Source: Tricharina praecox (taxonomy: Eukaryota). From it: a stretch of 64,000 nt of DNA. The stretch spans positions 62,001 through 126,000 of the forward strand of contig NW_026250403.1 in the NCBI RefSeq assembly GCF_024521635.1, read 5' to 3'. The notes under the pieces were generated by a model, which made no database searches, was not told the DNA's origin, and saw only the letters and a program-made list of their open reading frames with translations. Of this stretch, positions 1 through 13,217 are shown one piece after another (within the stretch, counting starts at the first letter, position 1; each line of letters begins with the position of its first letter). A program made the translations under genes and the position numbers.

Positions 1-1637
1 GTACCTACTAACCGTGTAGTTACGTCGCATGCGAAATCTACTCTGCTCTGGAGTCTAGAGTTCAGCGTAAGTGAGATGGGGCCGACCCCATCACATTTTC
101 CTTGGCAGCAATGCACAGTGATGGCTGGAGATTGGAGCCGAGCAAACGGCTCCATGTACCGGTATGTATGCCCGCCTCCCCTCCCATCTCATCCGCGAAT
201 CGAACCAACTCGAAGGTTCATCCCCTGCAGCCGAGCCGAGCAAACACCTACATACTGAGGGAGCGCTGGGATTGAGGCGGCTTGGTGATGCCGGGAGCGG
301 CGGAGTGGAGGGACCTTGAGTTGATGGCGCGTGTTCACTGTTGGCAGGAGAGACCGCGGAGGGACCTCGGTAGATAGCGTTTTGGCGGTGTGGCCGCATT
401 GGACCCGATGCGGTCGGCCAAACGTTGGCTTGTTTTTCTATCGTTTCTATTCTGTTCTTGTCTTGTTCATCCTGTTCGTTCTGTTCATCGTCTTCGTCGT
501 CATCATCATCGCCATAGACCACCCACACGATCGATCAACCTTTTTGTCCAATCCCGTTCTTGGGTCTCCCAATTACCAACCTATGCCCGCCTCCCCGCCT
601 CCGCTCCCACCCGTCCGCGCACCGATCGAATTCGAAGCTTCATCTCCCCCCTCCCATCCCATCCCCTCTACTGCACGTCGAGGAGTTGCTTCACCGTACA
701 TACAGCACCGTCGAGCAGCTTGTGCAGGTACAAACCCCCTTGGGCCTTCACACGCCCTTTGCATGCATACATGCACGCATAGTTACAGGCATCTCGTGTG
801 TGTCGGCGCCACGCAAGTTCCAACCGGCGAATTCCCGGCTTGGCGCAGCGGCGAGTGGTGGCTGTGGGTGGCAGCCGATGGGGCTAACCCGCTTGCGGTC
901 CAGGCTGCAGATCGATCCTTGGCATGGGGGATCACCCGTCGAGGGATGTGCAAGCGAGTGGATTTTTCCCGGGTATGGTTTTGTTTGTTTCCAGCGGCGG
1001 CGGTGGGGGAGGTGGTGGAGGCAGTGGCCTGCTGGAAACGTACTCGACGTACATACATGCGAGGCTTGCGATGCTCTGCACTCATCAGCAGACGTGGTCG
1101 TTTCCGAAGTCGGCGTGGAGCGGGAGGAGGAGAGGAGCAGGAGGAGATGGGGAGTGGTGGTTCGTGCGGGGGATCGCATCGCGTGACCGTGGGGTCGCTG
1201 CATGCGGAAAGTCCAGACGACATGCGGGCCCCACTAGGCAGTGGGATGGCCAAGTACATCTGTACGGTATTCTCACACCACACATACGCACACCCCACAT
1301 ACACATACACACATATCTACACATACACACATATCTACACATAGACATACACACGCACGGATACAGAACAGAAAGAGGGAGAGAGAGACCGCGGCGGCGG
1401 ACAGCTCCCATGGCTATCCCGGCTGCACGCGGCTGCCGGTGCCGAATCACCGTGCTCGTATATGCTCGCCGCGCTGTGTGCTATGGGACATACGGTAGAT
1501 ACGGTACTCGACGTCGAAACCCGCTTCGATGTGGCGCAAGGTGGAAGGTGGAAGCTCGTGGAGAGCTAGGTACTCTGCGTATACCAAGCTTTGTTCGGCA
1601 GGCAGCAGGCAGACGACCAACCAGACGCAATGTCGCA

Positions 1638-1705
1638 GGCAGCCAGACGAAGGCAGCCAGACGAAGGCAGCCAGACGAAGGCAGCCAGACGAGGGCAGCC
1701 AGACG
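1638..1705. repeat. 14-bp tandem repeat (GGCAGCCAGACGAA) x~5
   Basis: Read directly from the sequence. Confidence 0.95.
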
Positions 1706-2981
1706 TTGGGGAGGGGAGGATCATAAGTATCATATATGGCAGCTCGATACAGCATGGCGTTCGCTCATCTTTCTGCTTCTACAGCTCCCCTCCTCCTGCT
1801 CATCGCTCATTGCTCAGTGCTCACTCTCCCCACTACTAGGTACGGACAGCTCAATCGATCCATCCTCCTTCCCCTCCTCTTCTTCCTTCTCCTCCTCCTA
1901 CCTCATCCCACCTCCTCCTACCTCCTTGCATCGTCGGATCCGTTCGGCGTATGTAATGTTTACCGGAAAGTGATCGGGTCGAGCTCGGCCACTAAGCTTA
2001 CGGCGTCCAGGCAGTCTTCCATAGGTAGTCCACATCCCACTATCCACAGCCTGATTCCAGCGGATTGGGGCCCTAAGTTCTTTCCTCGCAGCAGGCAGCA
2101 GCTCTCCCCACTCTCTCTCCACTCTCTCGTACGGGAAACGAAAGAAAGAAAGAAAGAAAGAAACGTTGCTCGGTTGGAAGAGCTTTCTCCGCCGTTATCG
2201 ATATCCCATCGGCGAGGCGAAGAACAAGGAGGAGAAGAAAAAGAGGAAAGAAAGAAAGAAGCTCTGTTCGGTTCTGTCGATCGCAGACTTTCGATACATC
2301 ATACCTTACCTTACCTTACCTACCTTCCCCACGTGCGGGAGGACGCTACCAGAACGGCTCGTTTGCCACAACGAACGTCGCCAGGCTGGAACTGCCGCAT
2401 CAGGCCATCGACGGATCGCAATAGATAATAAAATTACCGCTTCCAAACGACGTTCGAACGAAGGGTGGCATACTTACCAACACGTTTACGCGGAGAGGAG
2501 ATAGAAAGAAAGAACGAAAGAAAGAGAAAGAAAAAAACGAACAGCAGATAGGCAAGTCAGTAGTACTTGGTCGGAGGGGAAGACGTCGCACGGATTGATC
2601 CATTGATCATTGACATCTACTGCACGGTGGGGGTGATTTGAGGCCGGACGACGCGGAAAGGAAAGGAGAAGAAGACGGAGGAGACGGAGGAGAGAAGAAG
2701 AACAACAAGAATAAGACGAAACAAGTGGCGGGAGAGGAATCCGTTCGTCGGGAATTCAGGCAGGTGAGTGACCGAGTGAGCGAGTGCGCTGTGATCTGGT
2801 GGGGTGCGAGCCGGGTCGAGTTCGAGTCGAAGTACCTACACGAGCAATCGAGTCCGTTGGGTTTCCCCAGTCAGAGCACTGTGCGCTGCTGGCTGCACTG
2901 CACGAGTTATAATTATAAAGCGAGTCCCTATCGCCGCCGCCGTTCTTGTTCGTTCAAAAGTCCTGTACTATAATAGAGCTC

Positions 2982-3062
2982 GAAGAAGAAGAAGAAGAAG
3001 AAGAAGAAGAAGAAGACGAAGACGAAGACGAAGACGAAGACGAAGACGAAGACGAAGACGAA
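2982..3062. repeat. Compound microsatellite (GAA)11(GACGAA)8
   Basis: Read directly. It explains the poly-R, poly-E/D and FV ORFs in the track. Confidence 0.95.
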
Positions 3063-3991
3063 GCACAAGACGCAGAAAAAGGCCGCAGAGAAGCAGAACA
3101 TCTTCCACTCTGTCCGAATACCTATCGGAAGCTTCTTCATTCTCGCGTGCGCGCTCAGCCTACAATCACGCCTCTCTGCCCGTCTCGTCTTTGACCGCCC
3201 GAGCTTGCAATCCCTTTTTTCTTCTCTCTTTCTCTCTCTCATCTCGCCTCGACTCCTCTTGCCTATCCCATCCTCCTGTTGCCTGCTTGCCTGCCTGCCT
3301 GCATTGCATTGCGCCGTCGTGCCTTCCTTCCTTCCTTACCTCCTCCGCAGCCAATCGCGAATCTTAACGATTTCGAGAGGGACGCCCGGCAGCTGAATTT
3401 TTATTCCAAGGATTCGCAGGTCACTACCAACTCCCTTACATACGCGACCGAGTCCGCAGCCCTCGATCCATCCATTCAATTCTCGCGCTCGCCCTCCCTA
3501 TTCACCCACTCCCACTCGTCTCATCCACCCATTCAATCTCGTTCACTCGCCCTCTCTTTCTCTTTCTCTCTCTCACTCACGTGCCTGATCCCTGGACTCG
3601 ACCATCGACTCTCGACCTTCAACCCTCGACACTCAACCCGATTCACCCCGATTCATTCTCACCCCCGTTTGTCGCCCGCACACAGCTCCAAACCTCTCAG
3701 CCAACCCGACCAAACTCTACCCAAACCCAACCCAACCCCCAGCCCAACCCCCACCCCGCACTTCTCCTCCGAATCTAGATCGCCAATCGAACGTTGCACA
3801 AGCTTCCCCACACACCACACTCATCCTCAGAGCCAGATACCGACCCTACAGACACCCCCCATACATCCAATTACGGCAGAATAATTTTTTTAAAAAAGTT
3901 GTTGCGAAAGCCACAGTGACGCAGACGCGCGCGCGGCTTCATACATCTACGTATCTACTTGCCTACTTACATACCTAATCTATTCCCCGAG

Positions 3992-5155
3992 ATGAAGATC
4001 CTACACAATCCCACCACGCTGCTGCACCGCACCAAAGAACTCATCGGCGCCCGTCTGATCGATGCCTACGAATCCCCCGCACGCGTAACCTCGATCCTGA
4101 AAGCGCTGGAGCCCGTCTACGACATCACCACCGTGACCACAGACGTCGAGCGGGCCGCCGCCGCCGCTGCAAAGATCCACAGCGCCGAGTACCTGCTCCA
4201 CCTCGAGACCATCTTCCAATCATGGGCGGAAGAGGGGATGGTTGATGCCGATGGGTGCGTCCTGCCGGAGTGCTTCCCCGTGCTGAGGCTCGGCGGCAAG
4301 AAGTGTCGGCAGCCGAAGGATCTCGCAGCGAGGGTCGGGTACTACGCGTTCGACATGTCGACGGGGATATCCAAGGAGACGTACATCTCGGCGATTGCGA
4401 GCGCGGATCTGGCGCGACGGGGCGCGGCGGAATTGGTTGCGCCTACGGACGAGGGGGAGGACGAGGACGGGGAACGGGAGGCGCCGGTGGTGTTCTCGCT
4501 GTGCCGACCGCCGGGCCATCACTGCCAGACCGACCTGATGGGCGGCTACTGCTACCTCAACAACACGGCCATCGCGGTACGCACACTCCTCGACGCATTG
4601 CCGGATCCCAGCGAACAGATCTCGATCCTCGATCTCGATTTCCACCACGGCAACGGCACGCAGAGCATCTTCTACACGCAGTGCAACCCCTGCTACATCA
4701 GCATCCACGGCGAAGACGAGTATCCGTACTTCACCGGGTCGCCCAGCGAGACGGGCGAGGGCGACGGCGAGGGCTACAATCTCAACCTCCCGCTCCCCTG
4801 CGAGGAAGGCGTGTTTGAGAACTACCGCCCGCGGCTCGACGAGGCGGTCGACAAGATCCGCGAGGTGGACACAAAGTGGCTCGTCGTGAGCCTGGGGTTC
4901 GACACGTTTGCCGGCGATCCTGTGGGGAAGTTTGCGCTACAGCGCGAGGACTACGGCGTCATGGGGAGCATCGTCGGCGCGCTGGGACTGCCAACGCTCG
5001 TCGTGCTCGAGGGCGGGTACGTGGTTGAGCACTTGGGGAGTAATTGTGTCGAGTTTTTGCGCGGGATCGAGAAGGGGCGGAAGGGCGAGATTGGTGTCGT
5101 GGAAGATGATGAGGAGGATTGGGAGGAGGTGCCAGCACAGGACGAGGAGCGGTAG
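3992..5155 (+). CDS. Acetylpolyamine amidohydrolase-like Zn-dependent deacetylase (HDAC/arginase fold), intronless, 387 aa
   Basis: ATG at 3992 (MKILHNP...). Motifs RPPGHH, GGYCYLNN, ILDLDFHHGNGTQ, SIHG, NLPL, SLGFDTFAGDP and LEGGY are all present. N-terminal E-S-P-x-R and GYYAFD segments are typical of the APAH subgroup. Confidence 0.92.
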   Translation: MKILHNPTTLLHRTKELIGARLIDAYESPARVTSILKALEPVYDITTVTTDVERAAAAAAKIHSAEYLLHLETIFQSWAEEGMVDADGCVLPECFPVLRLGGKKCRQPKDLAARVGYYAFDMSTGISKETYISAIASADLARRGAAELVAPTDEGEDEDGEREAPVVFSLCRPPGHHCQTDLMGGYCYLNNTAIAVRTLLDALPDPSEQISILDLDFHHGNGTQSIFYTQCNPCYISIHGEDEYPYFTGSPSETGEGDGEGYNLNLPLPCEEGVFENYRPRLDEAVDKIREVDTKWLVVSLGFDTFAGDPVGKFALQREDYGVMGSIVGALGLPTLVVLEGGYVVEHLGSNCVEFLRGIEKGRKGEIGVVEDDEEDWEEVPAQDEER

Positions 5156-5931
5156 CAACCACCCAACACGAATACCCACACCCACACAAACACCCACACC
5201 CACAACCACACCCACAACCCATAACCCACAACCCTCAACCACACCCTGTACATTTTTCTGGCGGAACGGCGGATGATTGTAGATGACGTTTACGAAATGC
5301 GACGACGAAGACGACGAAACTAGATAACTAGATCTAGAGCACCAAGGATCTGGATGGACTCGATTTGAGGTTGATTGTTTGTTTTTTTTGTTTTTAGAGC
5401 TTGGTTTGGTTTTTGTTTTGGTGGCTGATATTGATTTTTACTGTTTATATCTTTTTCTTTTCTTTCTCTTTTCTTTCTTCTTGCTTGCTTGCTCGCTTTG
5501 CCAGTGCGCAAAATGTTTGATGGATGTCTTCTTCTTTCGGTGTAAATATTTCTTCTTTCTTCCTTTACTTTACTTTACCTTCTTTGTCTGAGGCCTCGGG
5601 CCTTATCGGCGTCAAGTGCGTGTAAGATGTACTCAGCATACGAGCACCTACCTACCAAGTAGTATCCATGACTGTTTCTCGCTCCGTTAGATATGAGTAC
5701 AAATGCAAACGAAACGAAAAAAACCCACATACTACTATTAGTAAACATGTCGTCCCCGTCATACCTACTCTATATACTGTAGAGTAGGTACCATAGATGG
5801 ATGGATACACATCTCATCTCATCTCGATCTTGACATACGTAACCAAGCACTCAGCCCTGCGCATATTATTTCCGACGTCCGTTTCCCGTGCATATTACTT
5901 CCGTTTCCCGTACCATACTCTACATATCAGT

Positions 5932-6016
5932 CGCATCTCGACCGCATCTCGACCGCATCTCGACCGCATCTCGACCGCATCTCGACCGCATCTCGACCGC
6001 ATCTCGACCGCATCTC
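5932..6016. repeat. 11-bp tandem repeat (CGCATCTCGAC) x~7.5
   Basis: Read directly. Confidence 0.95.
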
Positions 6017-6223
6017 AACTGTGCAACGTGAACATGCAACCAGCAATTAGAAACGTGCAGCCTGCAACCTGCCTGCAAACGGCGCTGAAACAAAACATGG
6101 TCGCACCGTGCTTCCTGCGTGCGTGCGGCGGGCGCACCCCCTCTTTTCTTGTCCGGGTATGTGAGTCTGTGCCTAAGGTATGACTCTGCGAGTACTCCTT
6201 CTTTGCAAACGGACGGATTTGAT

Positions 6224-6925
6224 GGGGGGGGGGGGGGGGGTGCGGCGCACGGGATCGGTACGGACTCCGGATGCTGTAGGTAGTGCTGCACGCGCCCATG
6301 TGTACCGGTAGTACTTAGACATGCGGACTCTGGAGACGGGGTGGGCTCTGGAGATGAGGTGGGCTCTGGAGACGAGGTGGAGGGGACGGGGACTTTACCT
6401 ACTCTACTGACAATACTGGCTATAGTCACCAGTAACCAATATATCTGCAGCAAAGCAGTACCGCGCGCGCGGCATCGTATGCAACCACCTGCTCTACTCT
6501 ATGCGCAGGGTTCGCTATGGCAACTCTGGCGACTCTGACGACTCTGGCGAGGGGAGTACGGTATCCGTCCACAGTCCACACACGCCGTTCGATAACCAAG
6601 CGGCTGTACTCCGTGGTTCCATGGTTCCATGGTACCATCCGTCCACCCATCCATCCATACCCCATCCCATCCCATCTCATGTCATCTCCACTCCAAACCT
6701 CACCTCATCTCATCCGGCACCACCAGGCCGAGTGACATTTCGTGGACAAATGGGTAGGTGAGGCCATGGCCATGGCCACGTGCCGCTTATCTCACCCACC
6801 CACACCCCCATAATCGGGCGACCTAAGGATCGGTCATCGGGTTCGACCACGTGGGACTACTTGGGAGGGGGGGTACGCGTGGACTTTGGAATGTTTTTTC
6901 TCTTTCTCTTTCTCTTTCTCTTTCT

Positions 6926-6956
<31 letters not shown>
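6224..6956. repeat. Two intergenic poly-G tracts: G17 at 6224-6240 and G27 at 6930-6956
   Basis: Read directly. Confidence 0.9.
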
Positions 6957-8217
6957 TGAGGGGTGGGAATGACAATGCGCTCAGTGTGAGTGTGAGTAGG
7001 TACTAGGTACTGAGAATGGTATCATACCTAGAGAATACTGGTGCTGTTTGAGGCGTGGGTTGCTTCGAGTGAGGCGATGTCTGGGTGATACCATATCTAC
7101 CATGATTCATCCCGAGTCTTTGGCAAGATGGAGGTTGGAGCATGCAGGAATGCGGCGGCGGGAGGCAGGCGAGGTATGCGCACGAATCTGATCCAACAGG
7201 TGTGTAACGACCCAACTCAGGCGCGGTCGGTTGTGGTTGGTTGGTCATCTATCTATCATAAGGAAGATTCTGGTGAGTGGTGGGGCTGTGGTGGGGTGGT
7301 GGAGTGGTGGGGGCGATGAGTGATATCATCCTCCGGAAGGTATGATAGTGAGCAGGACCTGCAGATATATGAATGTGCAGCTTGCAGCGGGAGGGAGGGA
7401 GGGTAGCAGGCGAGCGAGGTATGCGCCAGGCAGGCGATCTGGAAGACCAGATCGAGGAGAATCATTCCGAGCCAGTCGAGTCAGTTCTTGCGGATTCTAG
7501 CTTGTAGGGGGGGTCAGTTGGTTGCTTTTCTAAGTCATGATCAGCTGGATTCGCACGGAGTCTTACCAGGCACCAGGCACATGGCGCTCGGTATTGTTAA
7601 GATTAGGACCACAGCCCGGTGCGAAGGTTAGTAGGTATTCGCACAGTTGATACAGCCCCGCCGCCGTTGAGATGAACCCCCCCATCTTCCAGAGCCCACC
7701 CCTCCTTCCATCCTCCTCCTTCCCCCCTCCACACCACCGTAGAGCCCTTCTCCGAGTAGACGTCATTCCCACTCGTCTCCTCACTGACTGACACGAGCAC
7801 ATGTCTCTGAGCACCTGTCCCGTCCTTTCGCCCCGTCCTGTCCCGTACTGTCCTCTCCTTTCGCCCAAACCCCCTCGATACTCGCAGGTGCCCGCGAATA
7901 GAGTCATAAGCCACCGACCAGTCACTGCCCATTCCGTCGATGTCTCTCCTAGGGGTGTTTCTATAAACCGCCGTCTCGGACACGATGACGTCCTCCCCCT
8001 CACCGCCCCCTTACCGCGCCAGTGCCCCTCGCCCTGCCCTCACTCATCACGTCTCGTCACAGAGTAAAAAGGGACAAGAATGCACGTCCTCCTTCCCATC
8101 CGCCGCGATATAATCCAAGACCAACCAGACCAAGCAAACCAACCAGAGCAAACACATACACATACACATACAGCGTATACACCGCATCCGCACAACAGAC
8201 CAATATTCACAATCGCC

Positions 8218-8928
8218 ATGTTCCGCAGCACGTACCCGCCGTTGCCGAAGAGCTCTCGGCGGTCCTCAGGGCCGAGCATCGTGATCCCGAGCTACCCTTA
8301 CCCCTCTGTGGCGCCCCCGCCCGAGCCCGAGCGCAAGCGCAAGAAGAGGTCCTACTCGTGGGCGCCGTTCGCGACGTTCTCCAACTCCGCGCCGCCGCCG
8401 CCGCCGCAGCAGCAGGTCCGCTTCGACGAGGCGACGTTGGCAAGGGAGCGCGAGAAGAGCAGGAGTAGGAGCCGCGGTGGTAGTAGAAGGCGCACCGGCG
8501 AGGAGTACTACGATGGGTATGAGAGGAAGGAGAAGCGCGAGAAGAGACGGAGGGAGGGGGAGAGGGTCGTTTCGACGATGGTTGATCCGGGGGTGCTGAG
8601 GGAGGCCAGGGAGGCCAGGGAGAGGAGGCATAGTGTTTCTGGGGGGAGTAGGAGGGGGAGTGTTACCGACGGGAGGAGTGGTAGGAGGGGGAGCGAGCAG
8701 GTGCAGTGGCCGGAGTCGATTTATTATCTGGGGGATGAGAATACCCAGCCGCTGTTTTTGTCCGCGAGGGAGCGGGAGAGGCGCGGAAGACATAGCAGAC
8801 GGAGACAGGCGGAGGAGACGATGGCGCCGCCCGGGGAGTATGGGTACTCGGAGAAGAGGTTGCCGGCGGGGAAGGGGTTGAGACGGGTCAAGAGTTTCTT
8901 GTGGGGGGAGAGTCGGTGGTATTCTTAG
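8218..8928 (+). CDS. Hypothetical basic Arg/Ser/Glu-rich, probably disordered protein (236 aa) with NLS-like RKRKKR
   Basis: Good start context (caatcgccATG) after an AC-rich leader, strong GC3 bias, T-rich 3' flank. No recognisable domain. An in-frame upstream ATG at 8080 is an alternative start. Confidence 0.7.
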   Translation: MFRSTYPPLPKSSRRSSGPSIVIPSYPYPSVAPPPEPERKRKKRSYSWAPFATFSNSAPPPPPQQQVRFDEATLAREREKSRSRSRGGSRRRTGEEYYDGYERKEKREKRRREGERVVSTMVDPGVLREAREARERRHSVSGGSRRGSVTDGRSGRRGSEQVQWPESIYYLGDENTQPLFLSARERERRGRHSRRRQAEETMAPPGEYGYSEKRLPAGKGLRRVKSFLWGESRWYS

Positions 8929-11900
8929 AGGACTTTGTTTGTATGACGTTTGTTTTTGGGCATTGTTTTTGGGCTTTCTTGTAGGATTTTCTTTGTAGAG
9001 CTTTCGTTTGTAGCGACGATGTGATGATTTTCGTTTGTACTTTATATCTACGCCTAATGTTTGTGTTACTGTTCTCTTGTTCTGTTCGTGTCGTTCTATT
9101 TGATCGCCAGCCAAAGTTCGTTGTGTCTCGGCCCGTTGGTTTGTCCAGCAGCGCCGAGAAGCCGGGCTGCCAAGATCTCGGACCGTGGTGTGGTGTTGCA
9201 CAGAGGTCACCTGGTGACTAGGCGTGGCGTTGTGGCTTGACCTGATTCATCTCGAGAGTCCGATCGAGAACGTCGGCATGAGTGCGGGGCTTGCGTGGCT
9301 GGCGAAAGTTGAGGACTGCGTCTCGGAGTCTATGACCTGGTTTGATGGGATCGTCGGAATGTGTTGCCATGGCGGTATCGAGGTCCGTCTGACGCCGGAT
9401 GGGATCGGCGAGCAAGAGTCAGTCGAACCGTGCCTCACGGGGACGAGGAGTATCATGTCAACGGTGATGTCGAGTGGGCGGACGACCAGCCTATAGAGTA
9501 CAGATGGAATACCTCAGTTACTCCAACAGCCGCGTAATCGGTGGGGTACAGATTTGGCCTCACAAAGTGGTGCGGAGTGGCGAAGAGAGAGATGGATCTC
9601 GGCAGCGGACCGCGGTGGAGGGCCCGGCAGGAGGATCCCGATGGGGTCTCGATTCCGACGATGATGATTACGAGTTGTCTGAGCCCTTTCTATTTCTCCC
9701 TTTTCCCTTTTCCCTTTTCCCTTTTCCTTCACTTGGACAATGGATTGAGAAAAGCAGAATCCGTGCTCTTTATTTTGCTTGCATTCCCCAACGGACGAGC
9801 ACTTTCTAGAACGTGGATGTCGAGAAGTTGTGGCGCGATAGTTACCTACATTATGCATATGTGTCTGATCAGGACTGAGCAAGCAATGAGAGTTGACGTT
9901 TGCAAGAGATGAGTAAATGTGTCCCGCGTAAAGTGATGTAAATACCCAGTACATAATCTATATACCTACTTGTAATTCTGGGGTCAAGGGTACGTAACCC
10001 ATCCCGCCGCCACGGTAATATCAACCTCCAGGAGATGGCCGAAATCTAGGAACAGCGGTGGGCACCGGGGAAGTGGGTATTTTGCCGCCTCACCAGTGAC
10101 ACCGTCCACAGGGACGGCGCTCGGGCGTTGACTGGAATAGAGTACAGTATTCAGAGTGCGAACTCCCTTCGGCACACATGGTATATGGGAAACATGGAAT
10201 GGAAGTTTGCCGGGCCAGGGTTCCTAGTAGATGAGCTACGTACCGGTACTATGTCACGGCTATTGCCGTGGAATACGGTTTTGAAATATCATAATAGCAA
10301 GAACTATGGTAGACTCCAGAGGAGGTTTGATACGCGGACCGGTAGGTATTTAGCCAAGGATTGAAAACGTTACACATGCGAGGACCGAGTACCGGTACTC
10401 AAGTGAAGAGTTAAATATCAAAGACTGGAGTTTTTCCCGTGATGACTGGATGTTGTCGCCGTTGAATCTCTGTATCTATATGGTAGATCGTGCTCCGTAA
10501 ATCATAATGATGTACATAGAAGTATGTAGTTATTGCATAGGGGCCGCCATAGAGCTTCGTTGGCCGAGAGGGGTTGTAAACCCAACCCCCAACACCCGGG
10601 ATACCCTACGGCATGGCTTCCCACTCACCGGTACTTTACACATGTACACATGTAGTTACAGTCAGCCCCATCCGTTGTCGCTGTCACAGTCAGCATCGCA
10701 ACTGAAATTCTACAGCTGCAGGCACCGAAGGTCCGAAACAGGAGCTCCCGGCGCCGGGCTTCAAAGGCCGAAGATCGTTCCTTCCGACAACTCGCTCTCG
10801 AGCAGTCGTGGGTGCAAGTCCGATGTCGAGGTCCGTGACATACCTACCTACGCTACCATATATGTTGTCGCAACAAATAGATAGGTAAGTGCCAGAAGAC
10901 GGAAGCACCGAGTCGAGATCTAGATGCACAGAGTTTGTAATCGCCCAACACCGGATGTAGTATGTACCGGCTCGTCCGCCGGAGGCATGTAGCTACGACT
11001 GCCGTCACCCCGCGTAGTAGCGACGTACTCTAGTTACCGCGCAGGCGTCGAAGAGAAGAGCGACGGTGCTCCCGCCCGGTCGTGCCGCCGGCGGCTGCCG
11101 CGCGCTCCTCCGCGCTCCGGCAAGGTCCGGAAACTTCCGTGTAGTCGAAGGATCGCTCTCCCGCGTCCCGAGGAGGTACATACCGTAGGTGGACCGCCCA
11201 GGCTCCATTTGGGTTACATACGAGTACTTGCCTACTCTAGAGCATGAGGTATCCAGCAGACAGCTTACCGCCGCTCGCTAGGCTAGGCAACGGTTCCCGT
11301 CCTTCCATTCCCCACACACAGCAGGCGTTATGCGCCCCCCTCACATTGCTCGGAGAATTTTTCGCTCGGGATCGTGGTGTATTGTGCATGTGCGTGTGAG
11401 TGTACACGTGCGACAGATATATTGACAGATATATTGGATTTGCATTTATCCAGCCACCCAGTGCACCCTCCCTCCCACGCACCCTCCCTCATTCCTCGCC
11501 TACGGAAGACGAGGCATGGGGAAAACCACGGGTGTCCCGGTCAGGCTGGGGCCGGGGAGGTGAAACGCGAGTGATGGGATGTGTCCATGTCTGCACGCCT
11601 AACGGGACGGAGGCCCGGATCGACTGATATGGAGGGCTCCAGGCACCTAGCGTTGCTTTCACGGAGAGCAGAAGGTCCGTACCCTACTATACCTAGCGTA
11701 GGTATGGGAATACTGGTAAAGTGTCTGCTGTCCCGTAGGGAAAATAACGTATGTAGGTGCTAGTGGATACACGCGAGGTGGGATTGACGATGATGCAGTG
11801 CTTACTTGGTTGGTTACTTGCGAGCTTACTCACATACTGGCCTGGTAAGACCAAGGTGGGAAATTTGCCTGTAGGAATGATCATCGCAACGGCAAGATCA

Positions 11901-12245
11901 TATCCCCCGGGTTATGCTGCCATCGTGGCAGCTGCCTTAAATGTTTCCGCCCCGCTATTAATTTACCCCGGATCGAACTTCGCCTTCTCCCGGCCGGCTG
12001 TAGCTGCTAGTTAGTTAGTAGGTTGTTTATGCGTACCGCCACTACTTACAGGTAGGTACTCTGCTTCAAACATGACATGGAAAAATCTGGCGGCCCGTGA
12101 TCATCGTGGCTCAAAGATATTCGCGGTGCGCGCATCCGATGGAAATGAGAGATCAAAACTCACGCCCCACATAGTACTGTAGAGTAATAGGATGCACGTA
12201 CATAACATTCCTCCAAATGAGCCTGACCATGGTGAATGATGAAGG

Positions 12246-12253
12246 TATATAAA
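12246..12253 (+). promoter_or_regulatory. TATA box of the AA9 gene
   Basis: TATATAAA about 100 nt upstream of the ATG at 12353. Confidence 0.6.
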
Positions 12254-12352
12254 CCGTCCTTCCTGTCCGCTCAGAACATTTACTTACCAGCCAGCCAGCA
12301 CACCCAGCCAGCACCCACATTCATTCTCCATTCTTCATTCATTCCAAAAACT

Positions 12353-13217
12353 ATGCAGTTCACCCTCGCCACGCTCCTGAGCGTGCTCGCGGCCACCGCG
12401 ACCGCTCACACCACCGTGTACAGCGTCTACGTCAACGGCGTAGACCAGGGCGATGGAAGAAACACCTACATCCGCTCGCCGCCCAACAACAATCCCGTGA
12501 AGGATGTGACTTCCTCCTCGATCCGTTGCAACGTCAACAACCGTGTTGTCCCGAACTGGGTCAGTGCCAAGGCCGGTGATACGTTGACCTTTGAATGGTT
12601 GGTCCCAGTGCTGCTTCCTATGGCCGGGCTGAGCGGTTACTGATGACGAAACAGGTACCACGACGCCCGGGGCGACGAGATCATTGCGAGCTCCCACAAG
12701 GGTCCGGTGATGGTGTACATCGGAACCGAGGATGGCAGCGCCTGGACCAAGATCGCGGCTGAGGGCCTCAGCGGAGGTGTCTGGGCCGTCGATAAGCTCA
12801 TCGCCAACAAGGGAAAGCACACGGCCACAATCCCGTCGTCGCTGAAGCCCGGAAACTACCTGTTCCGTGCCGAGATCATTGGCCTGCACGAGGCCGAGAC
12901 GAACTACAACACCAACAGCGCCCGTGGTGCCCAGTGTATGTTTCCAGTTGGACGGATAAGAGAGGGAATGAGTGCTGATGATGTGGATAGTCTACCCTTC
13001 GTGCTCGCAGATCACGATCACCTCCGGTGGCTCGACATCTCCCCCGGGAGGCAACACATTCCCCGGAACATACACGGCCACCGACCCGGGTATCCTGTTC
13101 AACCTCTACAGCAACCCCACCAGCTACCCGTAAGTTTCCCCCATACCTCCAGCCACACCCCAATCATAACTAACACTCACGTTCAGCATCCCTGGAGGAG
13201 CCGTCTGGTCCGGTTAG
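12353..13217 (+). CDS. AA9 (GH61) lytic polysaccharide monooxygenase, secreted, no CBM; introns 12598-12654, 12936-12990, 13130-13186
   Basis: Signal peptide followed by mature His1 (ATA/HTTVY). Second brace His in SHKGP, plus EIIGLH, GAQFYPSC, FPGTY..DPGI and YPIPG. All three GT-AG introns restore the frame. Confidence 0.96.

Noticed and set aside
91-3884. Several long ORFs (331-1344, 924-1973, 1736-2428, 2804-3367, 3279-3884)
   Set aside because: Low-complexity translations of microsatellites and purine/pyrimidine tracts, mostly with non-ATG starts, and no domain or codon bias.
1638-6016. Tandem repeats as CRISPR-like arrays
   Set aside because: No spacers, units of 11-14 bp, eukaryotic context and no cas genes.
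9218-9954. ORF fragments with splice-like signals here and at 18215-18702, 27550-28183, 34318-34973 and 36722-36961
   Set aside because: No consistent gene model or recognisable homology. They may be pseudogene relics but I cannot support that.
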